A stretch of 62,410 bases of DNA, counting the filler. It is 9 parts of 9 records of this genome, joined end to end, with 100 filler letters (N's around TTAATTAATTAA, not from the genome) between each part and the next. Parts side by side here need not be neighbours in the genome. Positions count along the whole stretch, not along the records: positions 40,543 to 47,516 come from SRR7504441_9159; positions 47,617 to 52,898 come from SRR7504441_9162; positions 52,999 to 58,343 come from SRR7504441_9164; 6 more parts are not named here. One strand, given 5' to 3'. The position numbers were made by a program, and so were the translations under genes. This document shows positions 46,805 through 57,062 of this stretch, piece by piece (positions within the stretch are counted from its first letter, which is position 1; each line of letters opens with the position of its first letter). Under the pieces are notes generated by a model. The model made no database searches. It had not been told where the DNA came from and saw nothing but the letters and a program-made list of their open reading frames with translations.

Positions 46805-47516
46805 TCATAGCTTGGCGCTACCCCATTGCTTCCTCTTCTTTGTGTGATCATCACGGAGATTGCGCCGCATTACCTTGTTTGAAGCGGTTCGAGGCAATGC
46901 TTCCACCACAACCACCTCATCAACCTTGAACAGCGGATTCAATTTCAGCTTGATTGTGTCTTGAAGCGCCTTCTTGAGGAGGCTGGTATCGTGCCACAGC
47001 GCAGGCTCCGAGAGTACACAGTAAAGCACCAGTTGGTCAGGACCACCATCGAGAGGTGGAACAGCAATGGCTGCTGTCTCTTGCACACCTTTCACTAGGT
47101 TGCACTCCCTCTCCAGTTCCACAGAAGACACCCTGATTCCACCCACGTTCATGATATCGTCACATCGGCCACAGGCCTGGAAGTACCCGTTGCTGAACCG
47201 CCGCATCTGGTCTCCATGCCGCCGTAGCAGCTCACCCTGGGGCCCACGCGGCATATCGAGATAGTAAACCGCATGGTGATCTCTGTTCAGCAACGTAGTG
47301 GAGAGTCCTATCGACGGAGGCACAAGAGCGAGTTCGCCCTCGCCCTGCCTGACCAGCCCACCCTGCTGGTCGAGCAACCTCACATCGATCCCGAGCTTTC
47401 ACCTTCTCGTGCAGCCGGCAGGCCGAGTTGTGCTGCTTGCTTTCCAAAGCTTTGCGATACCGGAGCCGCTTCTCTTCCCACTCGTGCAGCCGCTGCTTCT
47501 GCTCGGCTGCCTCTCT
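46805..47516 (-). CDS. Acyl-CoA synthetase C-terminus with PTS1 (AKL), 5' truncated
   Basis: LRRHGD, GRCDDIMNVGGIRVSSVELE, LPRTASNKVMR, terminal SAKL. Confidence 0.85.
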
Positions 47517-47616
47517 NNNNNNNNNNNNNNNNNNNNNNNNNNNNNNNNNNNNNNNNNNNNTTAATTAATTAANNNNNNNNNNNNNNNNNNNNNNNNNNNN
47601 NNNNNNNNNNNNNNNN
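47517..47616. other. Artificial contig linker
   Basis: N44-TTAATTAATTAA-N44. Confidence 0.98.
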
Positions 47617-47653
47617 GCGAACCTCCAGGCCTTAATTGCTAGCTTATTAATAG

Positions 47654-48928
47654 GTGGTTGTAAACAATAAACACCAGACCAATAGTCCAGTAGGGCAGGG
47701 AGGAGCTCGACGCTTGCTTGGAAAGCGGGGTTGTGACAGACATTGCCAGCGTATGAAACACAGGGAAAAGGTGAAGAAAAAGAGAATAGAGATGAATCAA
47801 AAGAGAAAAGAGTTGAACGGCAAGAACGACCGCATAAAGAAAAATCTGGGAATGCTCCAGATCCAGCGGCGGCAGTATCTGTCAGAGCTCCGACGACAAG
47901 CTCTAGTAGACCAAACGATAGCTCCACCAGCTAGGCTTGTTTGCGCCGTGCGGAAAATCCAGGTCCGCCCCATTAGGGGCCACGACTTTTACGCTCCACT
48001 GAAGCAATATGAAGAAATGGCCAAATATGAGGTCGCTGCCATCAAATTCAATCAAGATGGCAGCTCTGGACTACTGATGAGCAGGCAGACTTATGATGGT
48101 AACCAAGACGATAGGCGCTGCATCACTATTGATGATAGTTCAAAGGCAGCATGCTCGAAGCTCAGAAGCAATGCCTATGTTCGAAGGGTCAAACTTGGAA
48201 GCTGTAGGGATCCAGACAAAACCCAGCTCGGCTCGACATCAGGGTTCTTCCGCAGGCGGCGGCGGAGGCGGAGGAAGAAAAGCAGCCAAACGGCAAAAGT
48301 GGGAAATCAAGCGCGTAGCAAAAGCACTCAGAGGCAATACAACCGCAAGAGTAACACGTGGCAGATTAAAAAAGAACCAAACTCGGACAAGATACAAATT
48401 AGGCTGAAAACGAATATAAAGGAGGCATGTCGAATTTGCTCCTTTGCACCACACATGGACTGGAGTGCATCATCACGGCAACTTCTAGGGCGAAGGAAAC
48501 ACCACCACAGGCGTCACCGCCACCGGCGAACCCGCAGCCCAACCCGCAGCCCAACAACCCGCAGCCCAACAAGTGCCCCAACGAAGCCTCCAATGTGCAA
48601 AGACGAGTGCCTTTCATTGCATGGCAAACCCAGAGATGGTGCAGACTTAATTATTGCCGAGTGCAGTGGCAAAACATGGTGGAAGTACGACTCAACCACC
48701 AACCAGCTGCGGTCGGCTGCAGATCATCAATATTGTCTCCAAAGGGAGGATAGCCGTGCACAACTTCCATCACGGACAGCAGGTAGTGTAAAATTGAGGC
48801 CGTGTCTAGGCCAAGGTGATAGCATGTTGAAGGCACAGATGTGGGGGCCGACCCATACGGAAGCTGTTGCAACCGCTGCGCGTGTTTGGGATGGGTTACT
48901 TGGGCGTGTTGCAGCAATGACAGTTTGA
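47654..48928 (+). CDS. Protein with poly-Arg tracts, TRSP repeats and a ricin-B lectin-like domain, 5' uncertain
   Basis: CLSL...DGADLIIAEC...WKYD...QLRS...YCL...VKLRPC...QMW. Confidence 0.6.
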   Translation: MVVNNKHQTNSPVGQGGARRLLGKRGCDRHCQRMKHREKVKKKRIEMNQKRKELNGKNDRIKKNLGMLQIQRRQYLSELRRQALVDQTIAPPARLVCAVRKIQVRPIRGHDFYAPLKQYEEMAKYEVAAIKFNQDGSSGLLMSRQTYDGNQDDRRCITIDDSSKAACSKLRSNAYVRRVKLGSCRDPDKTQLGSTSGFFRRRRRRRRKKSSQTAKVGNQARSKSTQRQYNRKSNTWQIKKEPNSDKIQIRLKTNIKEACRICSFAPHMDWSASSRQLLGRRKHHHRRHRHRRTRSPTRSPTTRSPTSAPTKPPMCKDECLSLHGKPRDGADLIIAECSGKTWWKYDSTTNQLRSAADHQYCLQREDSRAQLPSRTAGSVKLRPCLGQGDSMLKAQMWGPTHTEAVATAARVWDGLLGRVAAMTV

Positions 48929-49277
48929 TTGGAACGACTCTGTTGATTCTAGAGGACTGGTCTAGTTAGTCGATCGGTTACAATAATTATACTCAAGTAC
49001 GGTGAAGGTGAAGTACCTGTCTACGATTTTAATATTTTGTCTCATTGCAAAATTAATGCGGTACAAATTGTATCTGCATACTATCGTACGTACTCGTGGC
49101 AATGATTGTAGTCTCGTACGGCCATTGCCGATACCAATCTTGATTCATTTAGGGCATTGCATGATTACAAATGTAGTCAATGGTATTGACCTAGTGTGCC
49201 CGTTGTAACATGCTCAAGCTACTCGTAGTATTAACTAAAGCAACCCATGTCATCTACCAGGAACCTCGATTGCGAAA

Positions 49278-51515
49278 TCAGCCCTTCAGTTTCTTGTACC
49301 ACATTGGCGTGTTCTCGTCTCTAGAAGGCTTGCTTGGTTGCGTATTTGTCAAGAATCTGGCTCTACTGCCACTCTGCAGGGCCTCCTTTACGTTTGCCAG
49401 CCCGGAATGCCCCTCCAACACACTAGCCACGTCCCTGCGCACTTCTAACAGGCTGGCCACGTCTCCTTGCGCCGCTTCCAACGCAGCTCTGGCCTCACCA
49501 AGCTCCTTGGAAAGCCTCGAGTTCGCATGCTCGGCTGCAATTGCCCGCTTCTCCTTCTCCTCAATCACCTCTACAAGGTAGCCCTGCGGCTGTACGGCCC
49601 GCTCCTGAGCCTTTTTCATATCCTTGGACTGCATTCGCGCCTCTACCAGCTCTTTCTTGGCCTGGGCCAGCTCCCGAGCGAGCTGGTCCTTCTCCCTTTG
49701 GATGACGGCCACCTGTCGGGCGAGCCCGATCGACTGGCGGATCCTGCGTGCCCCGTCGGTTGGCAGCGCCGCCCCAAGCTCAGCAAACCCGTCTTGCTTT
49801 GAGCCGTCACCCGCACCCACGTCCAGAATAGCATGATCCAACTCCTTCTCTAATTGCTCATAGTGCGTTATGCGTCGAGCCTGCTCTGCACACCGGGCTT
49901 CAAGCATCGAATTCCGCTTGGTGGCGTCGTTGTCGACTTTGTAGTATTCCTGCTTGAGCATCTCGACCTTCTTCTTGAGAGCCTCCACCTCGAGCCTAGC
50001 TGTGCGCGACTGGGTCATTGCCTCCTCGTAAGCTAGCGTCACTCTATCGAGCTCAAACAGTTTGATCTTGAGCTGACCGCGCGACTCGATGCACTGGTTG
50101 CTCAGCTTGGCTTCCATGTCGCGGTGAGTCGCCATCAGCTGCTCATAAGCCTTCTTGCTCTCCACAGACCGCTGCCTCTCGTTCTGGAGCTCCCTACAAG
50201 CCGACTCTTTCACGTCGCGCAGTGCGTGCGCCTCTCTGTCGTAAGTCTCCTTAAGAGCGGCCCTTATCTCTTCTCGGTCTCTGTCCGCCCGGTCCCGCAG
50301 TCGGTTCAGCTCCTGCTGCAGCTGGTCCTCGGTGGTGCGCTGCCAGCCTGTCTCCTGCTTCGAACTCTTCTCAATCCACTCCATCTGCTCGTGCTTGAGA
50401 GCCGCCAGCTTGCTCTTCTTGCGCGCAAGCGTCTCCTCCAGCTCGGCGTTCCGCGACTCGGCCTGCTCGAGCTGCCGCGTGAGGTAGCCCTCGTTCTGCT
50501 TGAGCAGCTCCACAGTGGTCTGCCGCTCGACGTGGTCCGCCTGTCGCGCCCGATGCTCGTGCTCCAGACCCGAAAGCGCCGCCTTGCACACAACAAGCTC
50601 CTTGCAGGCCGACTCGAGGTCGTCCTGCACGTTGGCGTAGTCCCGGTGCAGCTTGTCGAACTCTTCCACCTTGCCCTTGTTCGCGTTGGCCTCCAGCCGC
50701 GACTCAGTCAGACTCTTCTGCAGAGCCTCGCACCGCGCAGTGAGCACGTTCACGTCGCCATACACCGCGGCGTCCTGCATGTTGTTCTCGCGGCTCATGG
50801 CATCGAACTGCCGTTGCAGCCGGTCCCTGTCCTGCGACAGGATCCGCTCCCGGCCGCGCACCTCTTCCAGCTCGGCCTGCTGCGCTGTGCTCAGCTGCTT
50901 GAGCTCAGTCAGCTCCTTATAAAGCTTGATCCGGATGAAGTCGCGCAGGCTCAGATCCTCCTCGGGGGTCTTCAGCAGCGACCGATAGAGCGTCTCGGAC
51001 ACGGTCAGCGTCCGGAAATCGTCTTTGCTCGTGGCCAGCTGCTGCTGCAGCTGGGGCACATCCGCCTCGATCTGCCGGTGCTTGAGCCGAAGTGCCTCGA
51101 CCTCGGAGACCAGCCGGGTCTGGAGCCGCTCAAACTCGCCCTGGAGCGTGCCCAGCTGCTGCTCGTGCCCCACCCGGTCCAGGCTCCGCCGGTGCTCCAG
51201 CTCGTCGTACCGCCCGCGCTCCTCGCTCAGTCTGACCTCGTGCTGCTTCTGCAGGTAGCCCATCTGCTGGTCCCGCTGGATCAGCTCTGCCCTGAGCTGC
51301 TGGATCAGCCCGAGCTCCTTGGGCGGGGCGTCCAGGTTGATCCCGGAGTCCGACAGGTCCGAGTTGCTGTAGCTGTCGCTGTGCAGCCCGGGCGAGAAGC
51401 CGGAGGCCTCGTTGTCGTCGCTCTCGTTCATCAGCTTGAGCAGCCGGTCCTCGTCCACCCCTTGGATGTTGAGCCGTCGGATCACCGACCGGTTCAGCTC
51501 GGCCTCCGCAGACAT
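49278..51515 (-). CDS. PIBF1: PIBF1/CEP90-like centriolar coiled-coil protein
   Basis: LSLRDFIRIKLY, LKIKLFELDR, YEQLEKELDHAI, PTDGARRIRQSIGLAR, QPQGYLVE. Confidence 0.75.
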   Translation of the reverse strand: MSAEAELNRSVIRRLNIQGVDEDRLLKLMNESDDNEASGFSPGLHSDSYSNSDLSDSGINLDAPPKELGLIQQLRAELIQRDQQMGYLQKQHEVRLSEERGRYDELEHRRSLDRVGHEQQLGTLQGEFERLQTRLVSEVEALRLKHRQIEADVPQLQQQLATSKDDFRTLTVSETLYRSLLKTPEEDLSLRDFIRIKLYKELTELKQLSTAQQAELEEVRGRERILSQDRDRLQRQFDAMSRENNMQDAAVYGDVNVLTARCEALQKSLTESRLEANANKGKVEEFDKLHRDYANVQDDLESACKELVVCKAALSGLEHEHRARQADHVERQTTVELLKQNEGYLTRQLEQAESRNAELEETLARKKSKLAALKHEQMEWIEKSSKQETGWQRTTEDQLQQELNRLRDRADRDREEIRAALKETYDREAHALRDVKESACRELQNERQRSVESKKAYEQLMATHRDMEAKLSNQCIESRGQLKIKLFELDRVTLAYEEAMTQSRTARLEVEALKKKVEMLKQEYYKVDNDATKRNSMLEARCAEQARRITHYEQLEKELDHAILDVGAGDGSKQDGFAELGAALPTDGARRIRQSIGLARQVAVIQREKDQLARELAQAKKELVEARMQSKDMKKAQERAVQPQGYLVEVIEEKEKRAIAAEHANSRLSKELGEARAALEAAQGDVASLLEVRRDVASVLEGHSGLANVKEALQSGSRARFLTNTQPSKPSRDENTPMWYKKLKG

Positions 51516-51574
51516 CCCGACGCCTGTCTCCCTCACTGCCCTGCCTTCATTGGTTTCAACTTTTGACCAGGGAA

Positions 51575-52672
51575 ATGTCCGTTACTCCGGCACTCCGGGA
51601 GTGCTGCGAAGAGGTGAAAGAGGTGATGTCGGCTTGGGCGAGCCCGATGATGCACGCGGGTTCGGAGCTGACGCCGTCGTCGGTGGTCACCCCGTCCAAA
51701 GTGGGCTGGACCGATAAGTCCTGGTGCGGCTACCGCGGCCTCCACGAGCCCATCCCGCTCGACCCGCCCGCCCCGCCCGCCCCGATGTCTGCCCAGCACC
51801 GCTGGTACCGTCCCCCCCGGGCGGCGCCCGAGCCCCGCCAGGATCGAGCACGGGTACATCCAGCGGCTCGACGCCCGGGCCGCAGCGCAGCCGCACTCCA
51901 AGATGGCCAACGCCGGCAACAGGCTCAGCGGTGCCGGCCGCCCAGGCGGGCAGGAGCGAGGGGGCAGAGTCTGGGCTGGCCCGGTGGCGGGTGATGGCCG
52001 AGAACGGTGTCTCCTTCCGGTGCGGGCGGGCCGGCCGTTGGATTTAGGCCGGTCCAGGAACAGCATGGACTTCAACGATACAGTCGACCGGGGTCTGCCG
52101 TTCGGGGCCGAGGTTGAGGGTCGGCTGGCCAGCGCGCCGGACGGGCGGCTGTTTGTCCGGCTGGCGGCGGAGCCGCTGTTCGTCCCGGTGCGTAGCAGGG
52201 CGAGCGGGAGCATGGGAGGGGGAGTGCTCATGTCCAAGGTGCGGTGCGGTGCCGGCACAATCACTGGAGAGCACAGGTGGCCCATCTCGAGAGCAACCCG
52301 GCGGTGGTGCCAGACAGCCGCGGGGCGTACCCCGTGCCGTCGCCCCGCTTTGGCCGGGTGCCTGCGGACAGCGGTTTCGCTGGAAAGGGGCTCACTGGCC
52401 GCACGCACCGGGGGAACGCTGCTGGCCTGCAGCGGGTGGCGCCTAGGCTGTGCGGGCCAGACCCTTGGGACGAGAAGGCTCAGACCGCGATGACCGACGC
52501 CTCCAGGGTCGGGCTGCTCCGCCCGTCTGGAGTGACCGAGTTTGTGCGAGATTTGATCGCTCGCCGTGACCGGATCCAATACCAGGACCAGGATTGCGCG
52601 CCCGCCCGGCATTCCTGCGGCCAGCCGATATATGCAATCTACGACTCGGAGGATGGCGGGGCGTTCTGGTGA
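51575..52672 (+). CDS. Hypothetical multi-exon protein, possible SH3-like domain
   Basis: At least three 37-38-nt GT-AG introns restore the frame (WRVMAENGVSFRNSMDFND...LFVP); later exons are not fully resolved. Confidence 0.5.
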
Positions 52673-52898
52673 GGCACTTGCTAGTGCGTGGACCCACGCC
52701 AAGAGACGGCAACGACGTGTACAATGCCTGGTCAAAGCAAAGCTTGGCGGCTCTGGACTGAATGGACGGCCATCAAAACAGGTCAATCGCTGAGATGCGC
52801 GCCTCGATAGATTTTAATGTAAACAATATTACTATAACTACACCTTGCACTTCACTTTGCACCCTTGCTGTTAGCACCTAGTCTAGAGCTAGCCCACC

Positions 52899-52998
52899 NN
52901 NNNNNNNNNNNNNNNNNNNNNNNNNNNNNNNNNNNNNNNNNNTTAATTAATTAANNNNNNNNNNNNNNNNNNNNNNNNNNNNNNNNNNNNNNNNNNNN
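52899..52998. other. Artificial contig linker
   Basis: N44-TTAATTAATTAA-N44. Confidence 0.98.
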
Positions 52999-53537
52999 GA
53001 AATTGCCACACAGACCGGCACCGCCACGATGAGGATGTTGAACCACAGCTTGGCGCGGTCACCGACCTGGTAGAACCGTCCAATGATCTCGAGAGCCATC
53101 AGCACGTCGATCAGGGCGCTGAAAAGCGAGGCCGTGTACTCCACCTCATGAGCCGGGACCTCAAATCGCTCTAGGTTGATGTAGATCAGAAGCGCCGGCA
53201 CCAGGCTGCCGGCCAGGTTGAGAAACACGACGGCCTTGAGCACGATTGGGCGCTGGGAGACCCATTCGGTGGCCGCGCGGTCATAGGCGAAGAACACTGC
53301 GAGGAGCTGGACGATGGCAAAGACAAAGGCGGCGGTGAACTCGATGTTGTGGAAGGTCTGGACGGTGGTGACGTCGTCCATGGCCACCATCAGGATCGAG
53401 ACGATGTTTACAGCCACGTTAGCCACCGCGAGCATCGAGAGGCCCAAGTTGACCATCGAGAGGGTGCGGACTTCCCCGATTCGTACAGGCACTAGCACGT
53501 TGGCCTCAAGCCGTAGGGGTTTCGTATAGTAGTTCAT
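52999..53537 (-). CDS. Multi-pass membrane protein, truncated
   Basis: Five hydrophobic segments; repeated H-x-(I/V)-E-(F/Y) motifs. Confidence 0.6.
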
Positions 53538-53624
53538 GGGCGATCACTGGGGCTGCGGCCTGGACTACCCCGACGTGCGCGTGCGAGGTCGTTAATTATT
53601 TGCAAAAGCTCCAATAACGGACAA

Positions 53625-55211
53625 ATGGCTGGGAGGTCTCGGCGGCCATTGCTATTCACAACCCTGTTTCTTCTGCTGGGCGCCAGCGCCGCCGTAGCGT
53701 GGGACCCGGGCTTCACAGCGGCCAACGAGGGCTACCTGGCGCCCTGGCTGGACCAACTGGCCATCTACCGGGACTCTGCGATCGGCCGGGCGCTGATCAA
53801 CTTGGCCAACCTGGCGGACATTTTGCCCAGCTGGCTTGAGGACCTGCTGATCCCGCTGCTGCTCCCGGGGGCCACCGCGAGCCTACCGCTCCACCTCAAG
53901 ATCCCGATCAAACTGCCGCTCGGCCCGGTCCGAATCCCGCTGCCGGCACACGTCGAGCTGGAGAGCCTGACGCTCAACGATCTGGACCAGTTCAAGACGC
54001 TCCGGCCGGCCAAGCTGCTCAACGGCAACTTCACATGGGGAGGAGACCTGGCGCTCGAGAGGACCACAGTCACACTCAACGGGTCGATTGTAGTGCTGGG
54101 GAAGCAGGCGCGGCTTACGGCATCAGTGCCTCTGGCCTCACCCTCGCTGCACTTTGAGACGATCGCCGCGTTCAACCGGACCAAGCTGTGCGAGGTCTGG
54201 GGCGCTGTGATGCGGTCTACGGCCTCTTGCGCACTTTGGCCCATCGTGATGCTCGATTCGGGCGTTTCGGGCCTCAACGTCACGTCGCTGGTTCTCAACA
54301 TGACTGATTTTGACTTTAATCTGACAGTCAGTGGGCTCGGTCCACTGGACGATGTCCTGCAGAAGCAGCTCACTTCGTTGGTATCAAAGCACAAGCAAGA
54401 GATTCTGGACCTGATACCTACTCTGGATGCCCAGCTCGCAAGCTGGGCCACCGCTGGCATTGTCAAGGCCCTGCCCAAACTCCAAGCAAAGTGCAACCCC
54501 GCCGTGCTTCGGCCATCCGTCTCTCAGCCAGTGCTTGGTGCGCCTCTCCAAGTGCTGAACGTGTCCCGTGTGTGTCTATCGAACAACGCCGCGTTCGTGC
54601 TGAAGTGGCAACACGTCAACTGCCCAGCTCTTTTAGAGTCCGACGAGAGCCCGGGCTTCCCAGTTGACCAGTCTCGGTGCATGGAGGTGAGTCAGAGCAT
54701 TCCTGCCACCAAGGAAAACGATCCAATTCGGGTGCGGTCGCACGCTGTTGCGGGGCTGCACCACCTGTTGGACCCTCCGTTGAGGTACGTCGCCAACTCC
54801 AATGCTGCTACTTTTGAGTGCTCGGGCACCACGCTCGATTATGGATGCACCCTAGTTTCTGTGAGCCCTGTGGACCCGAACGTGCTGCCACGCGCCGGCA
54901 AGATCTGCATCATCAACCATGCCGGGTTTGTGATGGAATTTGCGGCTGAGAACACGAGGACTGGGGTGCAAGCGGGCACTGGGAGGTACCCAATTGATCA
55001 AACCCAGTGCGTGGAGCCTGGTTCGATTGCTGGGACAGTGGAAGGAGACCAATTCAATCTGCACGTCCATGCTATCTTGGGGAAACGCCAGGATGCAAGC
55101 AGGGCAGTGGTCTATGCCAACAACAGCCTAACGGCCACCTTTGAGTGTACGGGCACCACTCTAAACTATCATTGTGACCTGCTTGGAGCTCCCGCACAGG
55201 CTCAAAAGTGA
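53625..55211 (+). CDS. Secreted protein: possible lipid-binding N-domain plus two tandem beta-sandwich domains ending GTTL
   Basis: Signal peptide. Internal duplication CxxNxAxFV...P(V/I)DQxxC...ATFECxGTTLxYxC at about 54565-54855 and 54897-55185. Confidence 0.75.
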   Translation: MAGRSRRPLLFTTLFLLLGASAAVAWDPGFTAANEGYLAPWLDQLAIYRDSAIGRALINLANLADILPSWLEDLLIPLLLPGATASLPLHLKIPIKLPLGPVRIPLPAHVELESLTLNDLDQFKTLRPAKLLNGNFTWGGDLALERTTVTLNGSIVVLGKQARLTASVPLASPSLHFETIAAFNRTKLCEVWGAVMRSTASCALWPIVMLDSGVSGLNVTSLVLNMTDFDFNLTVSGLGPLDDVLQKQLTSLVSKHKQEILDLIPTLDAQLASWATAGIVKALPKLQAKCNPAVLRPSVSQPVLGAPLQVLNVSRVCLSNNAAFVLKWQHVNCPALLESDESPGFPVDQSRCMEVSQSIPATKENDPIRVRSHAVAGLHHLLDPPLRYVANSNAATFECSGTTLDYGCTLVSVSPVDPNVLPRAGKICIINHAGFVMEFAAENTRTGVQAGTGRYPIDQTQCVEPGSIAGTVEGDQFNLHVHAILGKRQDASRAVVYANNSLTATFECTGTTLNYHCDLLGAPAQAQK

Positions 55212-55420
55212 ATCGTCGTTATAATTAATCATAATTTTTGTAATGCTTGATTGCTTGATTGGTGCGTTTGAAGCCATCCTATTGCATGCCTCGTACCACG
55301 TGAATTCTACATAATTATGTAGCAGGCAAGAAGGCATTTATTAGTGTACGTACGTAGCAAGCACGCGATGTAACGCAAGCCACAACGATCACGATCGCGA
55401 TTACGTAGCTCACATTTATG

Positions 55421-57001
55421 TCATGCACCCGGCTTGCGCACATTCCCATCAAATAGATCCGCCAGCCCAAAGCTCTCGCACGTGTCGGCCATTGCATCCT
55501 TCCAATCGAGCACCGTCTTGCCGTCCGGTCCATAGAGCAGCGGCGCCATCTTGCCGGTCACCACGCTCTTGTAGCTGTTGTTCCGGAAGCTCATGATCCC
55601 CTGCTCCTTGTGGTGCTCCCACTCAAAGAACCGTTGCTTGAGCTGCTCCACATCAATGCTCGGGTAGTCGGTCAGTCCAATCAGCTCGGCGAGGTAGTCG
55701 CCCTGGAAGTGGATGCACCGGTGGTCGTAGTTGCCGTGCCCGTCCTCCTCGAGCAGGCCGTTGCACCGATCGACCATCATCCGGTCATACGCGCGCTGCT
55801 CCCCCACGGCCGGCAGCTCGTACCTGCCTAGTATAAAGTCTCGACACAGCCAGGCCTGAGCATCAAACAGGCTAAACGTGAAGAAGCCTGTGTGCGGCCC
55901 GATGTGAATCAGCCTAGGGTTGGGCATCCAGAAGATCCCGCGATACAGCCCCTTGAGCCAGATTTTGTTGGCTGGCTGCCCGGGCTCGTCATGTGGATTC
56001 AGCCGCAGCTCATTAGACAGAAACGGGAAATGATGCAGGTACCCGGTGCACAGGATGATCGCATCCACCTGCCGGGTGCTCCCATCGGCGAACCTGGCCG
56101 TGCCGCCCCGCGCCCTCCCGGTCGGACTGGCCACACTCTGCAGCAGCGGAACCTCGTGAACGTTGGCTGGCCATGAGTACCCAATTGGCTTGGTCCTGTG
56201 AGAGATCGCCACGCTCTTTACTCCGTATTTCCAAAGCTGGGAGGCGATGTCCTCCGCGGAGTAGGAGGTCCCAACCAGCAGCACGTCCTGGCCCTCGAAC
56301 TCGGTGGCGTCGCGCATATCGTGTGCGTGCAACACCCGACCCCGAAACTGCTCCAACCCTTCAAACTCTGGGTAGTTCGGATACGAATAGTGCCCGGCCG
56401 CACACACCACGTAATCGAATCGCTCGACCGCGCTCCGCTTGGCCATCGCGCTGCGCGGGTTGGCCGGGTCAGACAGCGTCGTGCTGGTGGTGCGGACTAT
56501 AAACTGCTGCGTTTCCGGGTCAAAATCCACCGCGTCCACGTTTGTGTTGAACCGGACCAACTGCCGGAGCTGGCGGGCTCGACCGGTCAGGTAGTCCAGC
56601 AGCACCGGCCGAGGCGGGTACGACGGAATATTCCGGCCAAAGTGCTGCTCGAAGCTATAGTCGCCAAACTCTAGACATTCCTTGGGCGCGTTCGACCATA
56701 GGTACTTGTACATGCTCCCGTGCACGTTGTGCCCGTTCTGGTCCACCCCGGTCCGCCAGTTGTAGTTCCACAGCCCGCCCCAGTCGGCCTGCTTCTCGTA
56801 ACAGATCAGCTCCGGGACCGGGCTCTCGGCCGTCCCGAAGGCCCGGAGCGTGGCCAGCCCTGAGGGGCCGGCCCCGATCACGCAAACCCGCTGCCGCCTG
56901 CCTCTCTTGGACCGGGCAGGACGCAGCCGCCAGTAGCCCAAGCCCACCAGCGCGGCCACAGCCGCCCCGGCCAGGAGAGCGGTGTGAGCCTGCAAGCCCA
57001 T
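55421..57001 (-). CDS. Flavin-containing monooxygenase, bacterial trimethylamine monooxygenase (Tmm)-like, with N-terminal TM anchor
   Basis: GAGPSG, WGGLWNYNWRTG, YLWSNAPKECLEF, FRGRVLHAHD, SYSAEDIASQLWKYG, EWEHHK...IMSFRNNSY; intronless. Confidence 0.9.
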   Translation of the reverse strand: MGLQAHTALLAGAAVAALVGLGYWRLRPARSKRGRRQRVCVIGAGPSGLATLRAFGTAESPVPELICYEKQADWGGLWNYNWRTGVDQNGHNVHGSMYKYLWSNAPKECLEFGDYSFEQHFGRNIPSYPPRPVLLDYLTGRARQLRQLVRFNTNVDAVDFDPETQQFIVRTTSTTLSDPANPRSAMAKRSAVERFDYVVCAAGHYSYPNYPEFEGLEQFRGRVLHAHDMRDATEFEGQDVLLVGTSYSAEDIASQLWKYGVKSVAISHRTKPIGYSWPANVHEVPLLQSVASPTGRARGGTARFADGSTRQVDAIILCTGYLHHFPFLSNELRLNPHDEPGQPANKIWLKGLYRGIFWMPNPRLIHIGPHTGFFTFSLFDAQAWLCRDFILGRYELPAVGEQRAYDRMMVDRCNGLLEEDGHGNYDHRCIHFQGDYLAELIGLTDYPSIDVEQLKQRFFEWEHHKEQGIMSFRNNSYKSVVTGKMAPLLYGPDGKTVLDWKDAMADTCESFGLADLFDGNVRKPGA

Positions 57002-57062
57002 GGCGGTGTCTCGGATGGGAGGCAGGAAGTGGCCGAAGTGCCGTTATCGTCGATCTCGTGTT

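Noticed and set aside
50124-51566. Long antisense ORFs (480 aa here; also 12-1007, 18595-19314 and 51533-52786)
   Set aside because: These are shadows of GC-rich, codon-biased sense genes with no recognisable motifs.
56998-57003. Two divergent genes sharing the CCATGG palindrome as start codons
   Set aside because: The in-frame ATGATG at 57063, with a YAACGG motif in the gap, is the more plausible start.
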